Origin: the human T2T-CHM13v2.0 reference genome, Homo sapiens | Length of the DNA: 64,000 bases | NCBI RefSeq assembly: GCF_009914755.1 | Contig: NC_060947.1 | Reading direction: 5' to 3' (one strand) | Shown: positions 1 through 15,790 of the stretch, piece by piece | Numbering within the stretch: the first letter of the stretch is position 1 | Layout of the letters: each line of letters opens with the position of its first letter | The notes under the pieces: generated by a model | What the model saw: only the letters and a program-made list of their open reading frames with translations | Told to the model about the DNA's origin: nothing | The model's database searches: none | Program-made: the position numbers and the translations under genes

Positions 1-363
<363 letters not shown>

Positions 364-804
364 CCTGGGTTGTGGGTATGTGGGTGTGTATGTGATGCTC
401 TACCACATGCTAATCTTCTCACTTCAGTTTTGGGCATTGTTATGCACTGCCTACTTTAGGTGGTAGTATCTCTTGCCTGCTTTCCTTCTGTTAGTTATTT
501 TATTACTTCCTCAATTTGTCAGTTTCCACTCTGCCCTGCTCTTCAGAAAAAAAGAAAATCTTCAGTCATTTGCTGCCTGGAAAGGAGTGGATAGATGGGT
601 GGATGGATGAATAAAAATCCTTCCTGACTGAGGTTTCTGCTTGCTACTGCCTTCTCTCCATTTCCTAGCATCAGTTTTTTTCAAAGATCAGTCTCCTTTT
701 TCTCTCTGCTTCCTTAACTCTCATTCACTGTTCAACCAATGGTGATCAGAATTCTGCCTTAAATAATGCATTGAAATTGAAATAAGAAAGGCCCTTAAAT
801 CCTG

Positions 805-1535
805 TTCACATCCAAAATACACATCAAATATACTCACTTCTCTGTCTCCATCACCACCACCTTAGCCCAAGCCAGAATCATCGTTTCAATTAACCATTAC
901 AATATACATTTATCTTGTTTTTCCCGCTACCACTTTTGCCCTTCTCCAAATCCGTCTCGGCACAACCCTTAGTAGGATGTTTCTAGAGTGTATCTGTATT
1001 GCATCATAATTTTTATCTGCTTAAAATACCAGTGCTGTTCTATAGCACTAAAGCTACAGCATTAACTTCTTACCATGACCTAGAAGATACTATCTGGTCT
1101 GGCACCTGCCCACCTCTCCTACTTTCATCACCTGCTATTTGGCCTCTTGCTCATTATGCCTCAGCCACATTTTATTTTTGAACTTACCATGTTCTTTCCT
1201 GCTTAGGACCATTGCACATGCTGCTCCTTTACTCCTGCTTGCTGCCTCCCTCTCTTGTTTATACTTCAAGTCATAGCTTAATTTTTGCTTTCCCAGTGGT
1301 ACCTTCATTTGCCTTTCAGTCAGAAATAGATCTTCCTACTAAACTCTCCCAGATTACCTTTTTTCTTTTCCTTTCTAGAAATCATCCTGGATTTTAATTA
1401 AATGTTTATATATGAGGTTACTTCTTGACTGTCTATAATCCCAACTATATTGCAAGTTCTATAAATGGATGAACTATGTTGATTTTATTCACGTGTGCTT
1501 AACAAATATTTCTTGAATGCATTTGCATGAATGGA
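805..1535 (+). mobile_element. L2 3' region (degenerate)
   Basis: L2-like text from ctccatcaccaccaccttagcccaagcc to the tail gtgcttaacaaatatttcttgaatgc. Confidence 0.65.
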
Positions 1536-1661
1536 AAATCAAGTGGACTCTTTCAGTCCCATCTTATTCTGTATCTATATGGCATTTGATAACATAAAAG
1601 AATTTAAGCTCCTTTTTGAAACCTTTCCTCTCCTTCTTAAATAATAAATAGTATTTCCTGA

Positions 1662-1970
1662 TTTTTTTTTTTTAAGAGCTGCCTCTTAAAGCTCTTAAAG
1701 AAAGTTCTCTCTGTGTCCCCCAGGGTGGAGTGCAGTGGCGAGATCATACCTCACTGCAGCCTCGAACTCCTAGGCTCTAGTGATCCTCCCACCTCAACCT
1801 CCTGAGTAGCAAGTTCCACCATGCCCGGCTAATTTTTTTAAAAATTTTTCTGTACACATGGAGTCCCACTGTTTTGCCCAGGTTGGTGTTGAACTCCTGG
1901 CCTCTAGCAATCCTCCTGCTTCAGCCTCCCAAAATACTGGGATTATAGGTGTGTGCCACCATACCTGGCC
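1662..1970 (-). mobile_element. AluJ-type element with TSD
   Basis: Reverse Alu ending ...cctggcc at 1970. TSD TATTTCCTGATTTT at 1652-1665 and 1972-1985. Confidence 0.92.
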
Positions 1971-2145
1971 TTATTTCCTGATTTTAATACTCTAACCCTG
2001 TGTAGTGCCCTATAGAGTTTCCTTGATTATATAACTTCTTAGATGATAAAAACAAAATCTCATCAGTTAGGGGTGTAAATATGCCAGAAATTAGATTACT
2101 CTTGCAGTATTCATTAAAATAATGATAATGAATAATTAACAAATT

Positions 2146-2491
<346 letters not shown>

Positions 2492-3941
2492 TTATCTAAG
2501 GCAGTGACTGGGACACTAAGCTTTCTCTAACCTTTTGGGTTTTTTTAGCAGCCACATCATTAGGTTTGCTTATAATCATGTGCAACCAGTTGGAAAAAAG
2601 AGAAAAAAAAAGAAATAGAAAAACCCAGAGACTTTTCCTCTGTCTAGAGACAGATCCTGGTAAGGGGGACATGCTCGCTCCCACATATTGTATGATCAAT
2701 AATCTTGTTTAGGGGGTAGATTGGCTGCATAGCTTCCCACTGACTTGTCCTCCAACCTACCTCCCACAGAATTGAATTTGGTACATCATTGTAATTATGT
2801 GCTGTACCTTTACTAGGGAAAAAAGCACAGATTTTTGAAAGCTCTGGCAGTTAGAACCCTCAGCAGGAGCTTTTAGACTCTTCTGAGTGTCTTTGCAGCT
2901 CAGCTGTTCTCAAACCTCAGAGCAATGGAAGTTCCCACTTGTCTTGCACAGGGGATGGAGACCCATACTGTGTGTATCTATTAAACTAACACATCTTCTG
3001 AGGAAAAGAAGGCAATAATTAATTCTCTTAGTAATCGTACTTTGTTTTTCTGACTTCAAAATTATCCATATTTTTCAATTAAAAACATCCTAAAGCTATA
3101 ATCTAACAAAAAATGTTGAAATTGGCTTGGGCGTAGAAATCTTCATAATAGGAAGCACAGATGATGTGATATTGCGGACAGCACATTTAAATTTTTTTTA
3201 CACAAATATATGAAGTTGGGAGGAGAGGATTTATGCATATAGTTGGAAGTACAACTATAAATTTACTGTGCTTTTTAATTTTTTTAAAGCCTCATAAGAG
3301 CTTATGAGCTATAAAGATAGCTTAACCAGGTGAAAAGAAAATTCTTAAAAGCTTTTTTTTTCCTTCCACATATCATCAAAGGCAATTAGTTTGGATAGAA
3401 AATTGTAAGTCCTCTGTTCCATTAATATCAAATCATTTTTCACTTTTGCATATTCAGTGTGAAAATTGCATTTTTCTTTATTTTATATGCCTGCATTTGG
3501 AGTATTAAGTGTTTTGATTTGTAATGCCCTGATTGTTTCTATTTTCATTACTTTTGTAAATATTAGTGCTAGTTCTTACTTCTAGATATATATTCATTTT
3601 ATCTGAGGAAAAAGCTGGTTTAATAATTTTGAGATCAGGTAAAAGAAAACTCACCATGACTCATTCTCAAATACATGTATTTATATTCTTATCCCTCTTA
3701 CTAACTTCTTATAATCATTTTTTTGTGACAGAATTTCTTATTTCCATCAGCTTTTGCAATAAAACAAGGTAAAATAAAACCACCTGAAAATTGAATATTC
3801 AAATTAGGTCAGTAGGTGTCAATTAATTTTGCTATTGATTGGTTTTCATTAAATTTTTTAAAAATCAAAAGTTAACCCTTTCATTTTTCCCCTCCACATA
3901 TCACTAATTCCTAACACCACCATAGAAATTTTTATGGCTGT

Positions 3942-4230
3942 GTCCAGGCATGGTGGCTCATGCCTGTAATCCCAACACTTTGAGAGGCTGAGGCGGGTGG
4001 ATCACGAGATCAGGAGTTCGAGACCAGCCTTACCAACATGGTGAAGCCCCGTCTCTACTAAAAATACAAAAATTAGCCAGGCATGGTGGCGGGTGCCTGT
4101 AATTCCAGTTACTCAGGAGGCTGAGGCAGGAGAATCGTTTGAACGTGAGAGGCGGAGGGTGCAGTGAGCCAAGATTGTGCCACTGCACTCCAACCTGGAT
4201 GACAGAGCAAGACTCCATCTCAAAAAAAAA
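3942..4230 (+). mobile_element. AluS (Sg-like)
   Basis: Full dimer with the GGATCACGAG 2-nt deletion. Degenerate TSD AGAAATTTTTATGGCTGT / AGAAATGTTGATGGCTGT. Confidence 0.93.
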
Positions 4231-4458
4231 GAAATGTTGATGGCTGTTCTTGGCCTCAAACATGTTTTCAGAAAGGTGTTTTAAAATTCTTGCCTAACTT
4301 TTTAGTGTGATTCTTCTGAGTTTATAGTGCCTTTTGGGACACACAATGTTATTGTATTCTGTTCTAGACTAAAGACAAGTGAATGGTTGTTGATGGGTAG
4401 TTTCCACATATTTTTATCTTTGGGGAAATATTCTCTACCAGTACATCATTATTTTTCT

Positions 4459-4557
4459 TTTTTCTTTTTCTTTTTCTTTTTTTTCTGAGATGGAGTCTTG
4501 CTCTGTCTCGGCCTCCCAAAGTGCTGGGATTACAGGCGTGAGCCACTGCACCCAGCC
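4459..4557 (-). mobile_element. Internally deleted Alu (about 50 nt of 5' end fused to about 22 nt of 3' end plus tail)
   Basis: gagatggagtcttgctctgtc|tcggcctcccaaagtgctggg...cccagcc lies between perfect 17-bp TSDs TACATCATTATTTTTCT (4442-4458, 4558-4574). Confidence 0.9.
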
Positions 4558-6426
4558 TACATCATTATTTTTCTGATGTAGAATCAGTTTTCAACACTCA
4601 ATTTTTTCAAGGCTTCAATTCACAGATTAAGTATGGCCCTTTTCTCTCATGACATCTAATGTACGAACATTTGGCATTGACTCCATATAGTTGGTACACT
4701 TGTATTGATTATTTTTTCCAGGCCTGGTACTGGATTTGCTACAGAAAGTATTAGAATGAGTATAAGTAGGAGAGGTTCTGCCCTGGAGGAGGTTGTTGTC
4801 TCAAAGAAGATAACAGTCTTTACTTTATAAGGTGTCATAAATGCCCCTGCCTTATTTCCACAACTCCAGGCAGAAATCTGGTCAGTATTGACTCAATCTC
4901 ATTTCTGTAGGCAGTTCTGCCTTCTATTAAACTTAAGTCCATTCTCCTTTAATGTGGTTTCATGATCATTCTTTTTGTTATAGTCACAGATACAAAAGGA
5001 TTCTGTATATTCAATGGGCAATGGATCAAAAGAGTAACTATTTGGAAAAAATACCTTGTAGCAAATATATATTTGTTACAAATTTTTCTGTTAATTCTAA
5101 TGAATTCTTAACATTATATTTTGAAGAGACGGGGGGATCAGTTTTTCTCCCATATGTTAGGCCTTAATGGAATATGTCTTAGAAGTGAAAAGGAAAGATG
5201 ATAGAAATAACCCTAAAGGCCACACCTGACCATAGGAGTGCCATGTGGCCATCTCCTTTTCCGTCACATATGATTTTTACATTTGTGCTCTTTTCCTTTC
5301 TCGGTGGATTCGTAGGTTAGTTGGGTAGTAGATCAATATTCATGAGCTGCGTAGGTACTGAAGTGTGTAAAATTCAAATTATATAAACAAAACTGTGTCT
5401 AACTCTTTGGGGAAATAACCCACTTGTAGTTGCTCTCACTAAAGCTGTCAATGCACTTCTTTTATTTTTTTTTAATATAGTGAAGATCAGCTAAAGAAAT
5501 GAGAGCCACTTGATGTGATTTGATAGACAAGTACATCGTAACACAAATAAATCCCCTACATAATACAATACCCTGGTCAGCATCCCACAGCACTTCAAGG
5601 AATGAATTATAAAACAAAGGATGCCAGTCAACTAAAATGCTGCAAGGGACCACAACTAAATACAAACACAAATTTCAGCAGAGTTTTTATTTTATTTACT
5701 TATATCACTTAGGTGCACTCAAGTGCCTTTATGAGACATGAGCCTTTTAATAATTGTATCTGTGGCTGGGGATGTTGCTCAGTGCTTCCTACTATTTCTA
5801 AGCTTAGTTATCTAGGACATTTCCTTCCATATCCAAATCCTCTGATGGAGTTGCAACTGTTTCTATCAGTGTACACTGGTCTGATCGTAAAAATTCACAC
5901 TTATGGTTGCAAAAATTCTGTGGTTATGATCAATATGTACTGGTTTGTGGCTTTTGTTAAGAGATGCACATGTATAGCTTGCCTCCTACATCATCTCTTG
6001 ATTTTGTAATAATACAATTTTAATAATGACATTTCTAATAGTAGATGTATATTATGAATTAAAAATAGCTAAATAAAGCATGATATTTACAGTGGATAAT
6101 GAGAGCTGTTCTTCACTGAGCCCTGGAAATATATTTCTTAATTTTGAATGAGAGAAATTTTACGTTGGGTTTGGGGGAAAAGATAAGGACCCCGGTTTCT
6201 TCATACTGACAATTTCTGAAGATGAATAAAGAATGTAATAACAACAAGAACTATTGTTTTAGGGTGTTTACATCATGTCAGTTACTATGACAGGAGTGAT
6301 ACACATAGTATCACATTTAAGTTCTAATGCATCGTGTATAGATGATTTAATGAATACATTTTCATGATGAGGAAGTAACTTAGAAACTCCAGGTAACTTG
6401 CAGTAGGTCATACAACTAGAAAGTGA

Positions 6427-6718
6427 GGCCCAGTGAGGTCACTTACATCTGAAATCCCAGCACTTTGGAAGGCCCAGGTGGGCAGATCGCTTGAGCCCCA
6501 GGAGTTCAAGACCAGCCTGGGCAACATGGCACAACCCCATCTCTGCAAAAAAATACAAAACTTAGCCAGGCATGGTGACATGTGCCTGTAGTCCTGGCTA
6601 CTCGGGAGGCTGAGGTGGGAAGATCGCCTGAGCCCCGGGAAGTCAAGGTTGCAGTGAGCTGTGATCACCCTACAGCACTCCAGCTTGGGCAACAGAGTGA
6701 GACCCTGTCTCTAAAAAG
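6427..6718 (+). mobile_element. AluJ-type element inserted into a reverse MIR (about 6255-6426 and 6720-6790)
   Basis: J-type dimer with AAAGTGA on both sides. MIR core text (gatgaggaag...gtaacttgcagtaggtcatacaactag) resumes after the tail. Confidence 0.9.
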
Positions 6719-7991
6719 TAAAGTGACAGAAGTGTGGCTCAAACCTATGTCTGTGTAACTACAGTGTCGCTGTTTCTCCTACTGCAGCTTACAGTATGGG
6801 TCTGGAGAATGCAGATAATTGTTTCCCCCTCTTTCCTGGGTTTAGAGAAAAAAATTCTCCTAAATCCTATTCTTTAAGAAAAAGCTGTATGGGGCTCTGA
6901 ATTTGGGCTAAGATTGGGCCTTGGCGGTATTGTTGGGGTGACCTACCTGGAAGCTAATGAATGACCTTACATGTACTTCCTCTTTCCCCACATCAGCCTG
7001 CTGTTATACCTCTTGAAACTATATGTCCTCTTCTTGACCCAGCATTTTACTGAATATTATGTTTCCTATTTATATGAATGAAGCCATTCATTCATTTTAC
7101 GATGGTTTATTTTCAAAATCACTTTTCATCTTTATCATCTGCCATGTATCAAACCTTGTTGTAGGAGATGAATCAATGAAGAATTTTTGCCAGATCAAAG
7201 GGCAACTTTGAACCCCTTACAGTATACAACTTCTTCTGAAAAGCAGGCTGACTCATGATAGATTAATATCTAGTAATACTGGTTCAACAAAGTTAATTCC
7301 CTAACATTTCTGGTTTGACATTATAACTGAAGACATTATTTTGTAGAAGTAAAATATTACTGTCAGCTATTAATTTTGTTGAATAGACAATTGTCCTACT
7401 TGGGAAAAGATCTGGAAAATAGTCAGCTAAGGAGTGCTTTAAAAATCAATCAGCACATATTGATATACTCAAGACTCTGTGCTAGGTGCTCCACAAGATG
7501 CAGCTTTTGACTCCTTTCTCCTTTTTTTTCTCTATGCAGTCTCTGTATCAATGACCTTACCTCCCATAGCATCTATTCAGATAACTCCCAAATCTGCCAA
7601 CTCCAATACTTCTAACCCCTAGAACTATAGTTTCAAATCCTAGCAGATATCATAATAATAACAAAAACTCAACATGTCAATAAAGCAATTTTATTATTTC
7701 CCTATCATGGAGGTATCATTTTATTATTTTTTAGAGGATTTGAGAGGGATCAAGGAGAACATTTAGTCTATGTTAGTAATCCAAGCTTGAAGTACATAAA
7801 ATTATGAGTTTCTATATGGTGAGCATGGAAAATAAGGGACGACTCTCAGAAATTCTGCAGGTTAAAATATTGGTAAGGATTGGTATTATTATAAATAACA
7901 TTGTGTTTACTGTGACTTGAATATCACTTCAAGATTTGGGGTCTTGAATGGGAAAATAAGAGCATCATTGTTAGAAGTAAGATGCCCTATT

Positions 7992-8325
<334 letters not shown>

Positions 8326-9041
8326 TCAGCTGAATTTACTTAAATGCTAATACAAATTTTTCGTAGCAGCCAAGCAATACTTTTCCTTTATGGAACTAGT
8401 GCTTTTTACTCTACCTTCCCACAGCTGTAGAGGCAGAGCCTAAAAAAGAAGAAAGTAAACGTATGGATCATTTATTTTGACTCCCTTCTTTTCATCAAAA
8501 CAAGACCGCTTTACAGGAATTTCTCCCACTTTACGATGGGGAAACTAAGACCAGAAAATTAGGCAGACTGTTTTCACACAGTCAGCTCACATGACAGTTT
8601 CTAAATTCAGTCTCATTTGACTTAGTTGCTGCTAAGCTACACCTACCTGCCCCTGCTGCCTTAGTCCCTGATTGGCTTACTGGAATTTAAGTAGCAGCAG
8701 GTCAGGGAAAGCAAATCCATCTACTCTCATTCTCTGAAACAAGCAAACAACCAGGTGACAAACTGTACCAAATTAGCACATCCTTCTACCTTCATTATTG
8801 CCGGCAGACTTCAAACTTTGGAGCCATCTTTGACTTTCTCCTGCTATAACTGGTCGGTTACTAAGTCCCATTTATTCTTCCTTAATTCTATCTTTTATAT
8901 CCATTGTTTTCTTTATCTTCCTACTGTCAACATGCTACCTCATTACCTGTTTCTTACACCATTTTGCTAACTTCCTGATGGTCTCCCTGCCATTAATCTC
9001 TCCTTCAACCAATCATACTTACTGCTCCTAATAAGACTCAA

Positions 9042-9300
9042 GAGGCAGTGTGGGGTAGCGGTTGAGAGTCTGGGGTCTGTAGCCCAAAGGCCTGCATTCA
9101 AATCTTCAGGTTTCCAACATAAAATTTGATTTTGTGCAAGTTACTTACTATTTGTTTCACTTTTCTCATCTTTGGAATGAAAATAACGATAACCGTTTCC
9201 TAGGATTGTTTTGAGAATCAAATCAGTTAATATATAAAGCAAATGTTGAAAAATGTCTGGCACAAAGTACTTAATAAGTGTTAATTGCTGTTAGCATTGT
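9042..9300 (+). mobile_element. MIR, near full length
   Basis: tRNA-derived head gaggcagtgtggggtagcggttgagagt, a core, and the tail ggcacaaagtacttaataagtgtt. Confidence 0.8.
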
Positions 9301-9872
9301 TACCATCATTATCAAAGCATACTTTGGTTATGTAATTTCAATTGGAGCTGATATTTTTATAAAAATATCAAATCCATGTTCTCTGAGTTTGTAGGCCAAA
9401 CATTGTAGGTTAATACAAAACATGGAAAGGATAAGAATATGATTGCAGGCACATGATATTGGGACCAAAGAAGACTAAAAGCCCACATATGCCTAAGGGT
9501 TTTGTTCCTTGTCCATCTGGGACCAAGGGCACCCTGGTGAACATGGCCCCTATAAGCTCTGCAAAGTATGGCCAGGAGAGCAAGTGCATGGTCACTAGTA
9601 GCTGCTCAAAGTAGCTCTATAGCTTTTTTAGTCATCAGGGAGACTAAAAAACTACTCCCTAAACGTAAAATGATAGAAAACCTGCTTCAGTGCTAGTGAT
9701 GGCCAGTTACCAGTAAAAGGAAAGGAAAAATAAAGTGGGGAGGGATTTGGAGACAGAGGTAGAGGCAGAAATGAAGGCAGAAAAATATATAGAGAAACTC
9801 AGAGTGATTCCCACACAAACATACACAAAGAGACCTGCAAATTCACGGAGACATAGACTTTGATGCGATTAG

Positions 9873-10403
<531 letters not shown>

Positions 10404-11970
10404 TAAATTTACACATGCATGCACACACCTATACATATATTTTTTCATGTGTATTTCCTCTACTGTGAAGCCTTCATTAATCACTGTAATCATAAGAGTT
10501 TAAAGTTTTTTCTTCTTCCAGTGAACACCTCCAGAACTTAATTTCTTTTTACCTATCTAAAATCATGTGCTGGCTTTTTCACCAGCAATAGTTTTCAAGG
10601 TTCTATGTTGAGTTTCAGACTATATTGTAAGCTTTTTGTGAATAGGTGGCGTGTTTTATAGTTGCCATGTGAGTACTGAAGAAATAGCAGTACAATTTGT
10701 ATAATAATACCCTGACCAGATAAAAAAAAGTGAGTCATAAGTGATGAGACCTACAAAAATACAGTAACAGGTAGATATTTCATCATACTTTTGTATATCT
10801 GCCTGTGAAAAGCATGAAAGCATATAGGAGGATTAGTAGAAGGCAGAGGTTCATATTTGGAGAGGCAGATGTTCATGGTTAATGGGCAAATTCGAAGAAG
10901 AAAAATAATGGGCTATGTCTTGATTCTGTATTAGAGTAGATATGGTCTGCCCAACAGCTCATCTGCTGCTTTTGAAAGGTACTTTGTGGTTTAAAAACTT
11001 TTGTTTATGTCGTCAAATTCTCTTCATGTTATCTGCAGATATGTTGGTGTCTAATCTGTACTTGGCATTTGTATTTAAGGAAGTAGGCTATATATACAAA
11101 ACCAAATATAATTAGGAATGTTAATAATTTATTTTCACTGTGTGCATGTGTCTGTGTGCGTTCATGTGTGTCTACCTCTCCCCCACCTCCCTCCCAGAAT
11201 TCATTTTGTGAAGGAAAACTAGTTGAGTAACTTGGAGCTATAGGAAATTAAAAACTAAAACAATTATTATCATAGTAACTATACCAAGTGGAATATTTAA
11301 TGTGCACCAGTGCTATGAAACAAGTAATTAAAACCAAAGTTGAACTGTATTGAAGAAAACCAATGTAGAATTCTTGCATAATGTACTTGAAAGTAAGTTC
11401 ATGTGATTTTACTATCATCTAATTACTTAACAGCAGCATCTGTCAAGTAGGTGAAATTCTTTAGAAATTCTTTAGAGTATATATAAATAGTATATTTTAT
11501 GAATAGAAATCATAAGTTTAAAAATTATTAAATGCTCAATCAGAGCTAGTCTTCTGATTTCAAACAGCATAGTAATAGGTAATTTCTTAGGAAATGTTCC
11601 AGTTATATTTTCTGTCATCATGTACATCTTTTATCTGCGGCCCAACTATTCACTCAACTCAATTTCATGTTTATAAATTTTCCTAGTTCACCTCAGGGAC
11701 AGATTTTGGCAGTTTGAATGCTATTGATGGCTAATGATTATGCAATTAACATATAGCAACTGTTCAGCTTCTATAATATTTTATTAATGCCATAAGGATG
11801 ATTTATTTTTTTAAAAACCTGTATAGCCAACTGCTTTTTAAACTTTGATAAACTATTTCTTTGGAATGTTTAAAACAAAAAAGATTTTTAAAATCCCAGA
11901 GCAAACTGACTTTATGCAGAAATGTTACAGTGTTGTCTATGAAATTATCCCCACTAAAGAGATAAAATAA

Positions 11971-12261
<291 letters not shown>

Positions 12262-12543
12262 TGACATTTTATAATGCTAATTTACAACAATAATCTTCTT
12301 GTCTATGAAAGGTGATACTGCAAATAGCAATCGTACATAAACCACAAAATTGTATGCTTAAAAAGGGTGAATTTTCTGGGATGCGAATTATATCTCAATT
12401 CAAACAAATAATTTTTTAAAATTTTAGTAAAATCTAAAAGACTTGAATATTCTTTTGGAATACAGTACTTAACATTTGCTGATTACATTTTACTGAAGTT
12501 TATAGACAAAAAAATCCCACTTTTATAAACTAGATGCAGTATT

Positions 12544-12850
12544 GGCCAGGCGCGGTGGCTCACACCTGTAATCCCAGCACTTTGAGAGGCTGAGGCGGGT
12601 GGATAACCTGAGGTCAGGAGTTCGAGAACAGCCTGGCCAGCATGGTGAAACCCCGTCTCTACTAAAATTACAAAAATTAGTGGGGCGCGGTGACGGGTAC
12701 CTGTAATCCCAGCTACTCTGGAGGCTGAGGCAGGAGAGTCGCTTGAACACGGGAGGCGGGGGTTGGAGTGAGCCGAGATCATGCCACTGTACTCCAGCCT
12801 AAGCAACAGAGCAAGACTCTGTCTCAAAAAATAAAATATAAAATAAAATA
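12544..12850 (+). mobile_element. AluS (Sx-like)
   Basis: Full dimer with TSD TAGATGCAGTATT on both sides, about 290 nt downstream of the first exon. Confidence 0.95.
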
Positions 12851-15349
12851 GATGCAGTATTATATTTCCTTTACATTATTACTTATATCGTTCTAAAAAG
12901 TATCTGACAAGCTAAATTTAATGAGATAAATAGCCAGAAATTTATTTTTGAATATAGTTTGCTTATTCTACTCTAAGATAATAATACTCTTCAATGTCAA
13001 GTAGTGTTGTACACTGGTATCTGGTGCATTAACTAAGAGGTAAAAAAGAAAATTGAATAACAATCATCTTGTTTTGATTGGATCATTTAATAATATTTTT
13101 GAGACTTATGAAAAGCAAACAAAGAAACAGAGAAGCCCAAAAGTGCTTGTATATGTCCATTTTTAGGCTAGAGCAAACCACCTTATTCAAAGAAAAGATC
13201 TGTCTGTTATAGAAGCCTGAAAACACTCTGAGGTGAAGGCCTGTAAGAAAGCTAGAGACGAAAATAAATCTGAAAACAAGCAATCTGTCTTTGACAACTC
13301 ACCATTCTTTCACTCTTTTTTTTCTCTCACATCTGAAAATATTGCAGAACTTTGGTTAGTTCTTGAAGTATATTATAATGAGAATCCCAAATCTAGCAAT
13401 GGATATGAATTTCTTTTCTATACATGCATTAAATTGATGTTCATTACATATACATGGACTAGCACTTTGATATGTATCAAAAATGATTTGATCTTGGTAG
13501 TTCTAACCCAAATAGACATAAAGAATAACACTTATAGATAATAATAGGATGTACAATAGAATTGTGAACATCTGTTTACTCCTGATATATTTTTGAGGGC
13601 TGTAAGGAAAGAGAACAAGGAAAATACAGAAGATTATCTGGAAATGCTGGATTTTGTGAAGAAAACATTTTTACCCCCATCTTCTTGTGATATTTGGGGA
13701 CATGTAAAATCATTTCATAATGCCAGAGGGAATAAGGCAGTGCTTGTAATAAACTGTACTAAATCATGCCAGATTTATAGGATGAAATAAAGTATTTAGG
13801 ACTTCAGCATTGTATTGCATACCATATCCCCAATGTTAATAGAGTCATCTCTACCATGGTGCTACTTGCCTAGAGTATATGCTATATGCACACTGAGTGA
13901 ATCTAAAAGTGTTCTTGCTTGACAATTATAAAGAGATTATAAGTTAAAATATCATCAGAAATTTGTATTAGATACCTATTTTGCATTTAATTCATATAAA
14001 AATATTTAAAACCATTCTAATTTGAAGAAATATGTACCTTATAAGTGTCTTAATTTCACACTATTCAAATTAATTACATGAACTGATTTCTTTGAAGCAA
14101 GAATGAATAAGTCATTTATACATAGGAACAAAAGGTTACGTTAATCTCACCGAAGGATTTTACAGTTACATCTTATATTTTGGAGAGAGGCTTCTTTCTG
14201 TCATCTACCTGTCAAATAAAAGTTCTTCTACACAACGCTGATCTGACATCTATCACTAGAGGTATGCTCAAAGGATTCAGCACAAAGATTTTTGCCAACT
14301 TCAAATAAAATAAAAAATAATCTTGCGGGAAATACTATCATGTAGCAATAGGTGTTCCAAAAGTGAAAGAAGTGAAGGTTTTAAAATCTGTCCCCCAACT
14401 CACCCCCCACTTTTCAGTAAGATTTTTATCTTCTGGGAAATTTTCTAGGAAAACAGTTGTCATTTAGAAAGAGAAATATCATACACATGCATGATATTCC
14501 CATAATGTATAGGATTCGAAGGATGTTCCTGGAATACAAAGGATTGTGAGTAAATGTAAATGTCTAAAATGACAGAAATTTTCTGAAGCACGTAGAAATA
14601 GTTAGCTTAGTTCTGTATTATGTTTGAAATAGAATTAACTAGCTACTGATGTATGATTAGCTAGAATTGCTGTTTAATTTCAGTTGTATTATGAAAGATT
14701 ACTTCATTGATTTTTCTTAGTGATTGCCTTCTTAAAGAAAATAGCAGGGGGAATTTCCCTCATAGAACACTGATTATGGTTTTAAAATGATACCATTTAC
14801 TCTCCTAAATTTTTCTAATGATAATTTCTTTTCTCAGTGATTTTAAAACTAATCCAGTGCTTTTAACAAGAAGCTATAGAGTATGTTAAAATATTCACCT
14901 AGGTAAAAAGGAGGCATGTGGTTAAACTTATCAGATGTATCTTGTAGTAAGGTAATATAAAAATTTCAGATGGTCACAGTTGGCTGTTATGGTATTTGGG
15001 AAGAAAAGGAAAACAGATGGATTAACCAAAATGTCAACACTAAAGGGTATCATTATTGTAATTACTACCTTCACCACAAAATGCTTTGTTAATTTGCAGC
15101 AGTGAATTATCACTTTGTGAGTCACCAAACCAGTGTGCTGAACTGTAATAAAAATCATTTCAATGAAGATGAGCTCCCAATGTTAGCTTAGCCTGTTGGT
15201 TATTAAAATTCTAACCAATAGAAATGCTACACTTCAAGGCCATTTGTTTGTTGTTTTTTTTTTCAGTACGAAATAGCATATATAATCTGCATAAGGACAA
15301 AACATTTTAAAATACTTAGCATTCCCTATATACTAAGCTTTGTGGGTTT

Positions 15350-15790
15350 ATCAAATAAGGATCTTTGTTTGTAAGTATCAGAACGTGACTCTGCCTGATT
15401 CAAGCAAAAAGTGAAACTTGCTGGAAGGATATGAAGTAACTAAGCCAGAAACTGAGGAAAGACTAAAGAACTTGCCCTTTAAAAGAACAGCAACTGTGAC
15501 AGCTTTGAGAATTCAGGTAGCAGGAATGAATGAAAAGTCTTTTTAGGATGTTGCCTTTGGGATATATCAGCTCCAACCATTTTCCTTCTCCTTTCCCTAT
15601 GTTTGATTCAAATTCAAATTATGAAGAGAGCCTAATGAGCCCGGTGTGGATTATAAGAACACCCCTTGTTCAAGGGAGAGCAAAAAACCCTGATTGACAG
15701 TGCTACCAAAACTACCTGCCATGGAAGATTGGTTATGCCCTAAAGGGTGCTGTTACCAAAGATAGGGCTACCAAAGGTTAGGAGCAGGTA
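15350..15790. mobile_element. Probable old MaLR (MLT1-type) LTR remnant
   Basis: aggatctttgtttgtaagtatcagaac...aagcaaaaagtgaaacttgctggaaggatatg resembles the ends of ancient MLT1 LTRs. Highly diverged. Confidence 0.45.

Noticed and set aside
11454-11476. 11-bp tandem repeat GAAATTCTTTA x2, and similar short doublets near 28718 and 57951
   Set aside because: Ordinary micro-duplications with no nearby functional context.
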